Assembly (NCBI GenBank): GCA_963692945.1
Contig: OY843585.1
Coordinates: 1,380,001 to 1,412,000, forward strand
Length of the DNA stretch: 32,000 nt
Reading direction: 5' to 3'
Source: Bdellovibrionales bacterium
GTDB taxonomy: Bacteria; Bdellovibrionota; Bdellovibrionia; Bdellovibrionales; UBA1609
The notes beneath the pieces are model-generated. The model was not told the DNA's origin. It did not search any database and saw only the letters and a program-made list of their open reading frames with translations. Positions 15,022-25,300 of the stretch are shown here, one piece after another; position 1 is the first letter of the stretch; every line of letters starts with the position of its first letter. A program made the position numbers and the translations under genes.

Positions 15022-15672
15022 ATGTTTAACATAAATAAAAAGGTTCGTTCTTGCTTTAGAAAGAATAAAGGATTTTCACTAATAGAATTACTTGTAGTTG
15101 TAGCAATTATTGGAATTCTAGTTGCTGTGGCTATACCAACATACAATCACTATAAAGTGGATGCTGCTCAATCTTCATTGACAGCCTCTCTACACTCTGT
15201 CGGAAAAGCTTTTGCTGCTTGTCTTGCATTGAGATCTTTTAGTAATTGCAATAGTCTATCAGAGCTGAAAGTGAGTTGTCCTGACTGTACTAAAGAATCC
15301 ACTGGAAGAACGGCTATACCTTATTGTGTTGAAGCTAAATTACAGGCAGGAGGAATAGACCATAAGGCATGTATGTCTTCTTCAGGAGGAATTCCTTCAG
15401 TTACTGGTAACTGGAATGGTCTTTGTAAGAACATGTCAGTAACCTACGTTTGTAATGCTACAGGTAATGGATATGATCCAGCAACTACAACTTGTAGGAA
15501 TATAGGTTGTAATAATCCATCTCAAGCTATCCCATCAATACCAGGAGGTGTATGTACACCAAATGTTGGTAGTCTCAACCATAACTGTGGTGATGACAAT
15601 AATCCTGAAGCTCGTTCAACAGCTAGTAATCTTAATGGAAGTTGTGACACTACAACTGGATTATGTAGTTAA
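15022..15672 (+). CDS. Type IV pilin paralog B (17-aa leader, Cys-rich)
   Basis: MFNINKKVRSCFRKNKG|FSLIELLVVVAIIGILVAVAIPTY. The AGGAG RBS at 15011-15015 favours ATG 15022 over 15019. The C-terminal region is variable but retains HNCGDDNNPEARS and the ...TGLCS end. Confidence 0.85.
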   Translation: MFNINKKVRSCFRKNKGFSLIELLVVVAIIGILVAVAIPTYNHYKVDAAQSSLTASLHSVGKAFAACLALRSFSNCNSLSELKVSCPDCTKESTGRTAIPYCVEAKLQAGGIDHKACMSSSGGIPSVTGNWNGLCKNMSVTYVCNATGNGYDPATTTCRNIGCNNPSQAIPSIPGGVCTPNVGSLNHNCGDDNNPEARSTASNLNGSCDTTTGLCS

Positions 15673-15836
15673 TAACTGGGAAAGATGAGAAAGTTTAAGA
15701 ATAAAACTCAATAGGAACACCTTGTAGTTAATAACTGGGAAAGATGAGAAAGTTTAAGAATAAAACTCAATAAGAACACCTTGTAGTTAATAACTGGGAA
15801 GGATGAGAAAGTTTAAGAATAAAACTCAATAGGATA
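15664..15836 (+). repeat. 59-bp tandem repeat x3 that begins with the last two codons plus stop of pilin B
   Basis: TGTAGTTAATAACTGGGAA(A/G)GATGAGAAAGTTTAAGAATAAAACTCAATA(G/A)GAACACCT starts at 15664, 15723 and 15782. Confidence 0.85.
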
Positions 15837-15919
15837 TAGAACACTTAAAATAACAAAATTTTTATTCTTGAGACACCTCATTACTTGTTAATAAAAACAA
15901 ATGAACCAAGTGTTTCTCT

Positions 15920-17182
15920 TTAATTATGGATCTGTTTTAATTGCAGTGCCAGACATTTTAATCTGTTGTTTAAATAGATTGCCTTCTTGACCGAACTCTT
16001 GACCGAGCTCTTGACCGAGCTTTGTGTTGCCTGTTGCACGGCTCTTTTTTGTGCTCTGGAGAGATGAGATTTTGGAGGAAGTGCACTTTTTATCAAAAGA
16101 TTTATATCCTTTTTATCTAAACGTTGCCCCACAAATTTTAATAAATGAATGGCTTCATCTACGGATCGGACAGAAGGAATCTTTTTCCTTATCATTCCCA
16201 TTATTTTTTGTGTATCTTTTTTGCTAAGATGATCTCCTCCCGCTTTTACTAATCTAGCACCGTCATTCATTGTTTTAACAAGAGGGACACTTTTCTTCGC
16301 TATGATTTTCAAGTCTTCTTCATTCAAATAAGTTTTTGCAGTTGCTAACAAAAGGACGCCTTCATTCGCTGATTGAATAAGAGGAATGCTTTTTTTTGCT
16401 ATTTCTTCTTTGACGCTTTTAGGAAAAGGTAATGTTTTACTTAAAAGAATGGCGGCACGTTCGGCTGTATGTACACCTTTCACCACCTCTTCAGCCGATT
16501 TGGAAAAAGGTTTAAATGCTACACCCTCTTTGGCTTTTAATACCCACCAGCCAGAATTATTATTTTTATAAACTCCTTCAGTGAAATCAGTGTATTTCAC
16601 AGCAATATTTGGATTCAATTTAGAAATATCTTTGCGATCAATACCTTTAGCTTTTAATGCTTCAAAAACTTTTTTGTCTGTGAGATCAATATATTTTACA
16701 TCTGGAGTTACTTCCACCTCCATTACCGTTTTTCCAAAATTAGAAGAAGAGTACATATCTTCTGCTACATAGATTCCCCTTCCTACTCTTCCTTCTGCTT
16801 CAGGTTTTTTTCTTATAAAATAATTATAGACATTTGGAGTCATTGTGCCAGATCTCAAAAGACCTTCTTTACTGGATTCAGACTGCCACCTATAAAAAGT
16901 TCTTTTTTTAGAAAAAGATGTAGCTATTTTTTCTATATATTTTATTTTTTCTGCAGGAGATAAGATCTCTCCAACAACAGGAGACAAGGTCTCTCCAAAA
17001 ACAACAGGATAGTTTGTTAACAAAACAAAATGCAAAATAACCAGACTTAGTGTTTTTCTCACAGAATAACCAAACCGTAAAAAGCCATATAAGTTTTTTG
17101 GAATTAAAATAAAAAATGGTTTCACTTCTAAATCCTTCAACAAAAAATCATTTGATTTTGCAACTTTTATAAGCGGATGCAA
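15920..17182 (-). CDS. Secreted protein of unknown function, with a PARP-like GxGIYxA motif and C-terminal ~35-aa repeats
   Basis: The ORF is 420 aa. Its first 35 nt overlap the upstream gene, so the true start may be GTG 17062 (VRKTLSLVILHFVLLTNYPVVFG is signal-like). FYRW...GRGIYVAEDMYSSSNFG...VMEVEV resembles ART/PARP strands. There are three repeats of the form KKS(I/V)PL(I/V)...(A/G)..L....L.(E/K)(E/K)D, and the tail contains SSVKSSVKSSVK. Confidence 0.5.
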   Translation of the reverse strand: MHPLIKVAKSNDFLLKDLEVKPFFILIPKNLYGFLRFGYSVRKTLSLVILHFVLLTNYPVVFGETLSPVVGEILSPAEKIKYIEKIATSFSKKRTFYRWQSESSKEGLLRSGTMTPNVYNYFIRKKPEAEGRVGRGIYVAEDMYSSSNFGKTVMEVEVTPDVKYIDLTDKKVFEALKAKGIDRKDISKLNPNIAVKYTDFTEGVYKNNNSGWWVLKAKEGVAFKPFSKSAEEVVKGVHTAERAAILLSKTLPFPKSVKEEIAKKSIPLIQSANEGVLLLATAKTYLNEEDLKIIAKKSVPLVKTMNDGARLVKAGGDHLSKKDTQKIMGMIRKKIPSVRSVDEAIHLLKFVGQRLDKKDINLLIKSALPPKSHLSRAQKRAVQQATQSSVKSSVKSSVKKAIYLNNRLKCLALQLKQIHN

Positions 17183-18890
17183 TAGTTCTTTGTATTTCTT
17201 GAAATCCCACTCCTTTTACTTTCATCCCACGAACAGCATCTACTACCAATGCCACTTCCGCTGGAGAAGATTTTTCACTTATAGAAATTCCTTGTCTTGA
17301 TAAAAACTCCCGATTTTTCTTTATTCCCTGTTTAATAGATTCTCTATGTGCAAAGATGTCTTGTTCTTCTAATATAGATCGGGTTCTTCTCACCTCTTCT
17401 GGCTTGAGTGCAGTGATTTTTTGCTTCGCTTGCTTAATGACATGACCAGCCGTTCTAAGAGGTGCAGCAGTTGATCCCCAGGCTGCAAGAGGTAAAAGAG
17501 CCAATGAAAAAAACACTTCTTTGTCTTTTGCACTGAGAGTTGCAACATGTTCAAATTCTTTTCCTGTTAAAGCTCGTCCCAAACTTTCAGACCTAGCCTC
17601 TTTCGCCATATTGTAACCAACGGCACCTAAAGCCATTCCTCCACCTAAACAAATAGAAGATCCAACAGGACCAGTGAAAAAACAAGGCAGTGCCGCTAAG
17701 ACTCCTGCTCCCATAAGTGTATAATTTGTAATTTTTTTATCTTCATCAGCTATAATGCGAGCTTGTTCTGCAACGGAACAGTAACCTTTATTTTCTGCAA
17801 GAAGCTCTTCCACTAAAGGATTAAAAGAAAGAAGCAACCCTACATCCACATCCTTTGACTTGATTTTTTTCAAAGTGGACTGAAGATTTTCTTCAATTTT
17901 TAAAAAAGCCTCATTCATATCTTTGTCACTTGGATTCCCAGTTTTTAGATAGGCCATCACAGGAAGTTCACTGATTTTGTTAAAATAAGATTCACGAGCT
18001 GATTTTTGCAAACTGTAAGTCGCCTTTCTTAATTGGTATTTATCTTTTTCAGTTAATTTTTTTGACCACCCTAATTGGCGTTTTTTTGACCACATTATCT
18101 TTTGAAAATCAAAAGCCCTAATACCAGTTAAAGGTGTTTTTGCCAAAGTATCTGCATAAATTTGTTCCGCTTTGTCTTTTTCTTCTTCTGTAAGTTTAGG
18201 AAGAGAATTAAAATCAGAAACCAGATGAGAAGGTTTGGAGTCAAACCATGTTGATCTGTCTAGGAGAAACCGTTCGTCTCTTATAGCAGGAGAAGTAAGA
18301 GAAAGTTGGACACGCATATCTGACCAATTTTTTTTAACACTAGACTTTAAAAATTTAGATTGCACACATAACTCTTTCATTTTGGAATGCTCTATTCCTC
18401 TTTCTTGAAACCAAACTGTATTTTTATCAAAGCAGGCACGAACCAATTTGGTCTGAAAAACTTTACTTTCTATCTGACCAATCACGCGTTTTTTTAATTT
18501 TTTCTTAAAAGCAGAAGATTGCACAATACGATTTGCTTCACTGACCTTGCTAAAACCAAATACACCTCTAATTCCATCTTTAATAGAGCAACTCAAACAA
18601 GAACCTTTAGCCTCTGTTGCATCTTTGTCTTTTTTAATCACTTCTTCTAAAGCTGAACTTAAGTCTATGTCCTTACAACTTTCATACTTTGGCTTAATAT
18701 CTTTTGATTTTTTTAAAGGAGAAGAAGTTGAGTGAGGGGCTACCGATGAATAAACATCAGAACTGAAAGCAGGCTCTGACAAATAAGCTAAAAAAACCAG
18801 AAATACAGCCACTGAGAAAAAAGACTGGAATTCCTTAGGTTTTTTTCTACCATATTTCTTTTGTTTTTCTGGATTCTGGTAATTTATCAT
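17148..18890 (-). CDS. Membrane-anchored protein of unknown function (580 aa)
   Basis: There is an N-terminal TM/signal segment FFSVAVFLVFLAYLSEPAFS and a Gly-rich hydrophobic pair GAGVLAALPCFFTGPVGSSICLGGGMALGAVGY near residue 400. No catalytic motif was recognised. Confidence 0.5.
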   Translation of the reverse strand: MINYQNPEKQKKYGRKKPKEFQSFFSVAVFLVFLAYLSEPAFSSDVYSSVAPHSTSSPLKKSKDIKPKYESCKDIDLSSALEEVIKKDKDATEAKGSCLSCSIKDGIRGVFGFSKVSEANRIVQSSAFKKKLKKRVIGQIESKVFQTKLVRACFDKNTVWFQERGIEHSKMKELCVQSKFLKSSVKKNWSDMRVQLSLTSPAIRDERFLLDRSTWFDSKPSHLVSDFNSLPKLTEEEKDKAEQIYADTLAKTPLTGIRAFDFQKIMWSKKRQLGWSKKLTEKDKYQLRKATYSLQKSARESYFNKISELPVMAYLKTGNPSDKDMNEAFLKIEENLQSTLKKIKSKDVDVGLLLSFNPLVEELLAENKGYCSVAEQARIIADEDKKITNYTLMGAGVLAALPCFFTGPVGSSICLGGGMALGAVGYNMAKEARSESLGRALTGKEFEHVATLSAKDKEVFFSLALLPLAAWGSTAAPLRTAGHVIKQAKQKITALKPEEVRRTRSILEEQDIFAHRESIKQGIKKNREFLSRQGISISEKSSPAEVALVVDAVRGMKVKGVGFQEIQRTIASAYKSCKIK

Positions 18891-19084
18891 AACTATTATC
18901 TATTCGGCTGATTTTTAAAATTTCTTAACTTTTTTTTATTAGACAATTCGTATTTTTCGTTTTTCTATTTCCGACATACTTTAATGAGAAAACTCATAGA
19001 AAAGCTTTACTAATAAATGAGAAATTTTTACACTTTACTTGTTTTCTATTTGTAAAAAACCCGATTTTATATTAATTAAGATAT

Positions 19085-19882
19085 ATGGTAAGTGTATTTT
19101 TAAGAAGAGGGTCATTTACTCTTTCTTGTTTTTTCTTAATATTCAGCTCACTAGCTCAAGGCACAGGTTTAAAAAGCAGTGAGAAATGTTACCTTTCTTT
19201 TAACCAAGATATTAGAAAAAGTGTAGATGTAGATGTAAATTCAGCATTCACTCTTCAAATAAATAAATTAATAAATGGAAATTTTAAAAAAGAGAGTCTT
19301 TTCACTTTAAAACAAGGGTTGAAGAGTAAACAGATCTCTGTGCGTGAAACAGTTGTTAATCAAACTTATAAACTGATAAAATCATCTTTGAAAGAAGAAG
19401 ATTTTAAGACTGTGAATCAAGGATTTACTATTTTAAAACAGGGAATGAATGATAGTTCTGCATCCATACGCTTTATAATTACACATCAAATGGGTGATTT
19501 GATAAAACTAAATAAGATACAGGAAACGGAACTTTTTTCTTTTTTAAAACGAGGAGTAAAAGATGCAAACCAATCTGTGCGTAAAAAAACGTTTGATCAA
19601 ATTTATAAATTGATAAATTTATCTATAAAAGAAGGTATGAGAAAAGGATTCTATGTAGATCTTGTGCTTATAGATCAAGGAATTACCATTTTAAAACGAG
19701 CAATGAAAGATGAAAATCCAGATGCACGTAAAGCAGCTATCCAGCAATTGGATACAATAGCAGCGGATCTAATAAAATTAGACTTCAAAAAAGAAGTTCT
19801 CTCTATTTTAAATGAGGGCATGAAAAGTAGATATAAGACGATACGTGATCTTTCAGAAAAAACCTATAACAAGCATTTCTAA
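19085..19882 (+). CDS. Secreted HEAT-like repeat protein (short paralog without the N-terminal domain)
   Basis: The signal peptide is FTLSCFFLIFSSLAQG. It has divergent repeats of the form LKQG(L/M)K....(V/I)R......Q...LIK. The last 27 aa are near-identical to the C-terminus of the next gene. Confidence 0.6.
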   Translation: MVSVFLRRGSFTLSCFFLIFSSLAQGTGLKSSEKCYLSFNQDIRKSVDVDVNSAFTLQINKLINGNFKKESLFTLKQGLKSKQISVRETVVNQTYKLIKSSLKEEDFKTVNQGFTILKQGMNDSSASIRFIITHQMGDLIKLNKIQETELFSFLKRGVKDANQSVRKKTFDQIYKLINLSIKEGMRKGFYVDLVLIDQGITILKRAMKDENPDARKAAIQQLDTIAADLIKLDFKKEVLSILNEGMKSRYKTIRDLSEKTYNKHF

Positions 19883-19884
19883 AA

Positions 19885-22359
19885 ATGAAACGGTTACTTA
19901 CTTTTTCATGTTTCTGCTTTCTATTAAGTTCTTTGTCTTATGCTACAAGTTCTTCTGAAGATCTTAACATCTGTTATTTTTCTTTAAACAATGAAAAAGA
20001 ATTTCAAGAGATGGAGAGATTTACAGAAAAACTAAAAAAAGATTCTTCTGTTATTTCTGTAAAAGAGTATATGGAAAATGGAAAAGATCCAAAAGACTCT
20101 TTTAAAAAAATGTTAGAAAGCAAAGATCGTTGTGATGGAGTTGTTATTTCAGGTCATCACACAGGAGCTTTTGGAGGAAAAAGAGCAAACGGAAATTTAG
20201 ATATTAACTTTTTAGAAGAGATGTCTTGTAAAGAAGAATACAAACCCTTTTTCTTAAAAGTTAAATCTCTATGGCTTCAAGGTTGTAGAACTTTAGGAGT
20301 AGGAGAGTATCAAACAAGAGGTGAAGAAACTGCAGACTTCCATACAAATAGAGTAGGAGCTGTGTTAGAAGAAGATCATCTGGAACAATCTTTAGCCGAG
20401 TTGAATGTGGAGTTTTCAGAAGTTTTAGATGCTGATAATACTCTACCCTCTCGTTATTTAAGAGTGTTTCCACAAGCAACAGTATTTGGTTGGACAAGAT
20501 CTGCTCCAGGGGATATATCAGGAAGTCAGTACTCTATCCCTTTTCATATAGCTCATGTGGCTCAAACAAGAAACTCTCAACTTCCAGAAGAAAGTCCTAT
20601 TAAACAATCTTGGAAAGAGTCTTCTTCCATACTTTATAAAGAATCTTTAGAGAGTTTATTTTATCCCTCAACAAACAATCAATGTGTAGAGAGTGTAGAA
20701 AGTAAACAAGAAGAAGTTTGCACAAACATAGGTGTTGCAGCTTGGAAAAGCCATGGGAATGTTTTAGATCAAGATAAAGAATATGGATTTCTCAATCCTG
20801 ATTTACAAGCTTACTCTTCTCTTTCTCAAATGGATGAGCTAGATGGTTCTATTTTAAAAACAGCTCATAGCTACACTTGTTTGATTAGGAATAAACCAGA
20901 AGAAATATTTGAAGTTTTAGATGATATATTAGAAAAACCAGAAATCCTTCGTTACACTTACAATTCTTTATTTCATACATTGAAGAATTTAAAAAAATAT
21001 AAAAAAGATGAAGAAGAGTTTAGAAGAAACAAAGAACTTTATTTTGAACTGATTGAGACTTTAAAACAAAGTGAAAACATGAATGAGTTTCTCTATAAGA
21101 AGTTAACAGGAAAGAGAATTGGAGTTTTATCTAAGATAGATTACTTAGCTTTTTATCAAGAGCTTTATGGTAAGAAAGAAAAACTAAACTCTATTCTTAT
21201 AGATAAAGTTGTACAAATTTTTAAAAAACCTTATTCCTCTAACCGTTCTAGTCGTTCTAATGAAATAGATTATAAATTAACTCTTATTAACGCTTTAAAA
21301 GAGAATGGATATTTTAAAGATAAGAAGGGAGTTCTTGTTTTAAACCAAGGAATAAAAGATGAGGATCATCAAGTACGTTATGCTGTTATTTCTCAAACGG
21401 ATGAATTGATAAAAGCAGATATGAAAGAAGAAGCTCTTTCTATTTTAGATCAAGGCATGAAAGATGAGGATAGATATGTAGTTTTAACCACTCTTCGTAG
21501 AACAAACAAATTGATAGAAGCAGACATGAAAAAAGAAGCTCTTTCCTTTTTAAATCAAGGAATAAGAAGTAAGGATGGGACTATACGCTCAATAGTTATT
21601 CATCAAACAGATGAATTGATAAAATTAGGAATGAAAAAAGAAGCTCTTTCACTTTTAAAACAAGGAATGAAAGATGAGCATAGAGTCGTACGTGAAGCAG
21701 TTATTCATAAAACGGATAATTTGATAAAATTAGGAATGAAAAAAGAAGCTCTTTCCTTTTTAAAACAAGAAATGAAAGATGAGAATAGAGTTGTACGTGC
21801 AGCCGTTATTGATCAAATGGATGATTTGATAAAAGCAGGAATGAAAAGACAGGCTCTTTCACTTTTAAAACAAGGAATGAAAGATGAACATCATGAGGTA
21901 CGTGAAGCCGTTATTCGTAAAACAGATAATTTGATAAAATTAGGAATGAAAAAAGAATATCTTTCCTTTTTAAAACAAGAAATGAAAGATGAGAATAGAG
22001 TTGTACGTGCAGCCGTTATTAATCAAATGGATGATTTGATAAAAGCAGGAATGAAAAAAGAAGCTCTTTCTTTTTTAAATCAAGGAATCAAAGATGAGAA
22101 TAGAATTGTACGTCAGTTAGTTATTCGTCAAACGGATGAATTGATAGAAGCAGGAATGAAAAAAGAAGCTCTTTCCTTTTTAAAACAAGGAATAAAAGAT
22201 GAGAATCATAAAGTACGTAGATTCGTTATTTCTCAAACAGATGAATTGATAAAATTAGGAATGAAAAAAGAAGCTCTCTCTATTTTAAATGAGGGCATGA
22301 AAAGTAGATATAAGACGATACGTGATCTTTCAGAAGAAACCTATAACAAGTATTTCTAA
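19885..22359 (+). CDS. Secreted protein: caspase-like (clan CD-type His/Cys) N-terminal domain plus 9.7 HEAT-like 35-aa repeats
   Basis: The signal peptide is MKRLLTFSCFCFLLSSLSYATSS. DGVVISGHHTG (H91/H92) and SLWLQGCRTLG (C134) are 42-43 aa apart, each preceded by a hydrophobic strand. Repeats run from codon 486 (nt 21340). The start is 2 nt after the previous stop. Confidence 0.6.
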   Translation: MKRLLTFSCFCFLLSSLSYATSSSEDLNICYFSLNNEKEFQEMERFTEKLKKDSSVISVKEYMENGKDPKDSFKKMLESKDRCDGVVISGHHTGAFGGKRANGNLDINFLEEMSCKEEYKPFFLKVKSLWLQGCRTLGVGEYQTRGEETADFHTNRVGAVLEEDHLEQSLAELNVEFSEVLDADNTLPSRYLRVFPQATVFGWTRSAPGDISGSQYSIPFHIAHVAQTRNSQLPEESPIKQSWKESSSILYKESLESLFYPSTNNQCVESVESKQEEVCTNIGVAAWKSHGNVLDQDKEYGFLNPDLQAYSSLSQMDELDGSILKTAHSYTCLIRNKPEEIFEVLDDILEKPEILRYTYNSLFHTLKNLKKYKKDEEEFRRNKELYFELIETLKQSENMNEFLYKKLTGKRIGVLSKIDYLAFYQELYGKKEKLNSILIDKVVQIFKKPYSSNRSSRSNEIDYKLTLINALKENGYFKDKKGVLVLNQGIKDEDHQVRYAVISQTDELIKADMKEEALSILDQGMKDEDRYVVLTTLRRTNKLIEADMKKEALSFLNQGIRSKDGTIRSIVIHQTDELIKLGMKKEALSLLKQGMKDEHRVVREAVIHKTDNLIKLGMKKEALSFLKQEMKDENRVVRAAVIDQMDDLIKAGMKRQALSLLKQGMKDEHHEVREAVIRKTDNLIKLGMKKEYLSFLKQEMKDENRVVRAAVINQMDDLIKAGMKKEALSFLNQGIKDENRIVRQLVIRQTDELIEAGMKKEALSFLKQGIKDENHKVRRFVISQTDELIKLGMKKEALSILNEGMKSRYKTIRDLSEETYNKYF
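21340..22359 (+). repeat. In-frame 105-bp tandem repeat array (about 9.7 units) encoding HEAT-like repeats
   Basis: The consensus is L(N/K)QG(M/I)KDE..xVRxxVIxQ(T/M)DxLI(K/E)xGMK(K/E)EALS(F/L/I). Confidence 0.9.
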
Positions 22360-22361
22360 AA

Positions 22362-25300
22362 ATGAAAAGTTTGCTTACTTTTTCATGTTTGTGCTTTCTA
22401 TTAAGTTCTCTGTCTTATGCTACAAGTTCTTCTGAAGCAGAACAAGATTCTGAAGATATCAACATCTGTTATTTTTCTCTAAACAATGAAAAAGAATTTC
22501 AAGAGATGGAGAGATTTACAGAAAAACTAAAAAAAGATGATTCTGTTATTTCTGTAAAAGAGTATATGGAAAATGGAAACGATCCAAAAGACTCTTTTAA
22601 AAAAATGTTAGAAAGTGAAGATCGTTGTGATGGAGTGGTTATTTCAGGTCATCACACAGGAGCTTTTGGAGGAAAGAGAGCAAATGGAAATTTAGATATT
22701 AACTTTTTAGAAGAGATGTCTTGTAAAGAAGAGTACAAACCTTTTTTCCTAAAAGTTAAATCTCTATGGCTTCAAGGCTGTAGAACTTTAGGAGTAGGAG
22801 AGTATCAAACAAGAGGTGAAGAAACTGCAGACTTCCACACAAATAGAGTAGGAGCTGTGTTAGAGGAAGATCATCTGGAACAATCTTTAGCCGAATTGAA
22901 TGTGGAGTTTTCAGAAGTTCTAGATGCTGATAACACCTTACCCTCTCGTTATTTAAGAGTGTTTCCACAAGCGACAGTGTTTGGTTGGACAAGGTCTGCT
23001 CCAGGGGATGTATCAGGAAGCCAGTACTCTATTCCTTTTCATATAGCTCATGTGGCTCAAACAAGAACCTCTCAACTTCCAGAAGAAAGTCCTATTAAAC
23101 AATCTTGGAAAGAGTCTTCTTCCGTATTGTATAAAGAATCTTTAGAGAGTTTGTTTTACCCCTCAACAAACAATCAATGTGTAGAAAGTAAACAAGAAGA
23201 AGTTTGCACAAACATAGGTGTTGCAGCTTGGAAAAGTCATGGGAATGTTTTAGATCAAGATAAAGAGTATGGATTTCTCAATCCTGATTTACAAGCTTAC
23301 TCTTCTCTTTCTCAAATGGATGAAATAGATGGGTTTATTTTAAAAACAGCTCATAGCTACACTTGTTTGATTAGGAATAAACCAGAAGAAATATTTGAAG
23401 TTTTAGATGATATATTAGAGAAACCAGAAATCCTTCGTTACACTTACAATTCTTTATTTAATACATTGAAGAGTTTAAAAGAAAACAAGAAAGATAAAAA
23501 AGATGAAGAAGATGATGAAGATAAAGAAGAGTTTAGAAGAAACAAAGAACTTTATTTTGAACTGATTGAGACTTTAAAACAAAGTGAGAACATGAATGAG
23601 TTTCTCTATAAGAAGTTAACAGGAAAGAGAATTGGAGTTTTATCTAAAATAGATTACTTGGCTTTTTATCAAGAGCTTTATGGTAGGAAAGAAAAGTTAA
23701 ACTCTATTCTTATAGATAAAGTTATACAAATTCTAAAAAAACCTTATTCTGATAATCGTTCTAGTCGTTTAAATGAAAGAGATTATAAATTAACTCTTAT
23801 TAACGCTTTAGGAGAGAATGGATATTTCAAACATAAAAAAGGAGTTCTTGTTTTAAATCAAGGAATTAAAGATGAGGATTATTATGTACGTTATGCTGTT
23901 ATTTCTCACACGGATAAATTGATAAAATTAGGAATGAAAAAAGAAGCTCTTTCACTTTTAAATCAAGGAATGAAAGGTGAAGATCATGAGGTACGTGGAG
24001 CCGTTATTTATCAAACGGATGATTTGATAAAAACAGGAATGAAAGAAGAAGCTCTTTCCTTTTTAAATCAAGGAATGAAAGATGAGGATCTTAATGTACG
24101 TAAAACCGTTATTTATCAAACAGATGAATTGATAGAAGCAGGAATGAAAAAAGAAGCTCTTTCTATTTTAAATCAAGGAATAAAAGATGAGAATCATGAA
24201 GTACGTAAAGCTGTTATTTTTAAAACGGATGAATTGATAAAAGTAGGAATGAAAGAAGAATCTCTTTCACTTTTAAATCAAGGCATAAAAGATGAGGGTA
24301 TAATTGTACGTGCAGCAGTTATTTCTCAAACAGATTTTTTGATAAAACAAGGAATGAAAGATGAAGCTCTTTCTATTTTAAATCAAGGAATGAAAGATAA
24401 GTATAGATTTGTACGTGAAGCCGTTATTCATAAAACGGATGATTTGATAAAAACAGGAATGAAAGAAGAAGCTCTTTCACTTTTAAATCAAGGAATGAAA
24501 GATGAGGATTATAATGTACGTATAGCCGTTATTCATCAAACGGATGAATTGATAAAATTAGGAATGAAAAATGAAGCTCTTTCACTTTTAAATCAAGGAA
24601 TGAAAGATGAGCATAGTTATATACGTTACATCGTTATTTATCAAACAGATGAATTGATAAAATTAGGAATGAAAGAAGAATCTCTTTCCTTTTTAAAACA
24701 AGGAATGAAAGATGAGGATCTTGATGTACGTAAAGCAGTTATTGTTCAAACGGATGATTTGATAAAAGTAGGAATGAAAAAAGAAGCTCTTTCACTTTTA
24801 AATCAAGGAATGAAAGGTGAAGATCATGAGGTACGTGGAGCCGTTATTTATCAAACGGATGATTTGATAAAAACAGGAATGAAAGAAGAAGCTCTTTCCT
24901 TTTTAAATCAAGGAATGAAACATGAGGATCATAATATACGTGAAGCCGTTATTTATCAAACGCATGATTTGATAAAAGTAGGAATGAAAAAAGAATCTCT
25001 TTCACTTTTAAATCAAGGAATCAAAGATGAACATAGCGAAGTACGTACAGCCGTTATTTATCAAATGGATGAATTGATAGAAGCAGGAATGAAAGAAGAA
25101 GCTCTTTCACTTTTAAATCAAGGAATCAAAGATGAGCATAGCGAAGTACGTAAAACCGTTATTGATCAAATAGATAATTTGATAGAATTAGGAATGAAAA
25201 AAGAAACTCTTTCACTTTTAAATCAAGGAATGAAAAATGAGGATAGATATATACGTCAGTACGTTATTTATCAAACAGATGAATTGATAAAATTAGGAAT

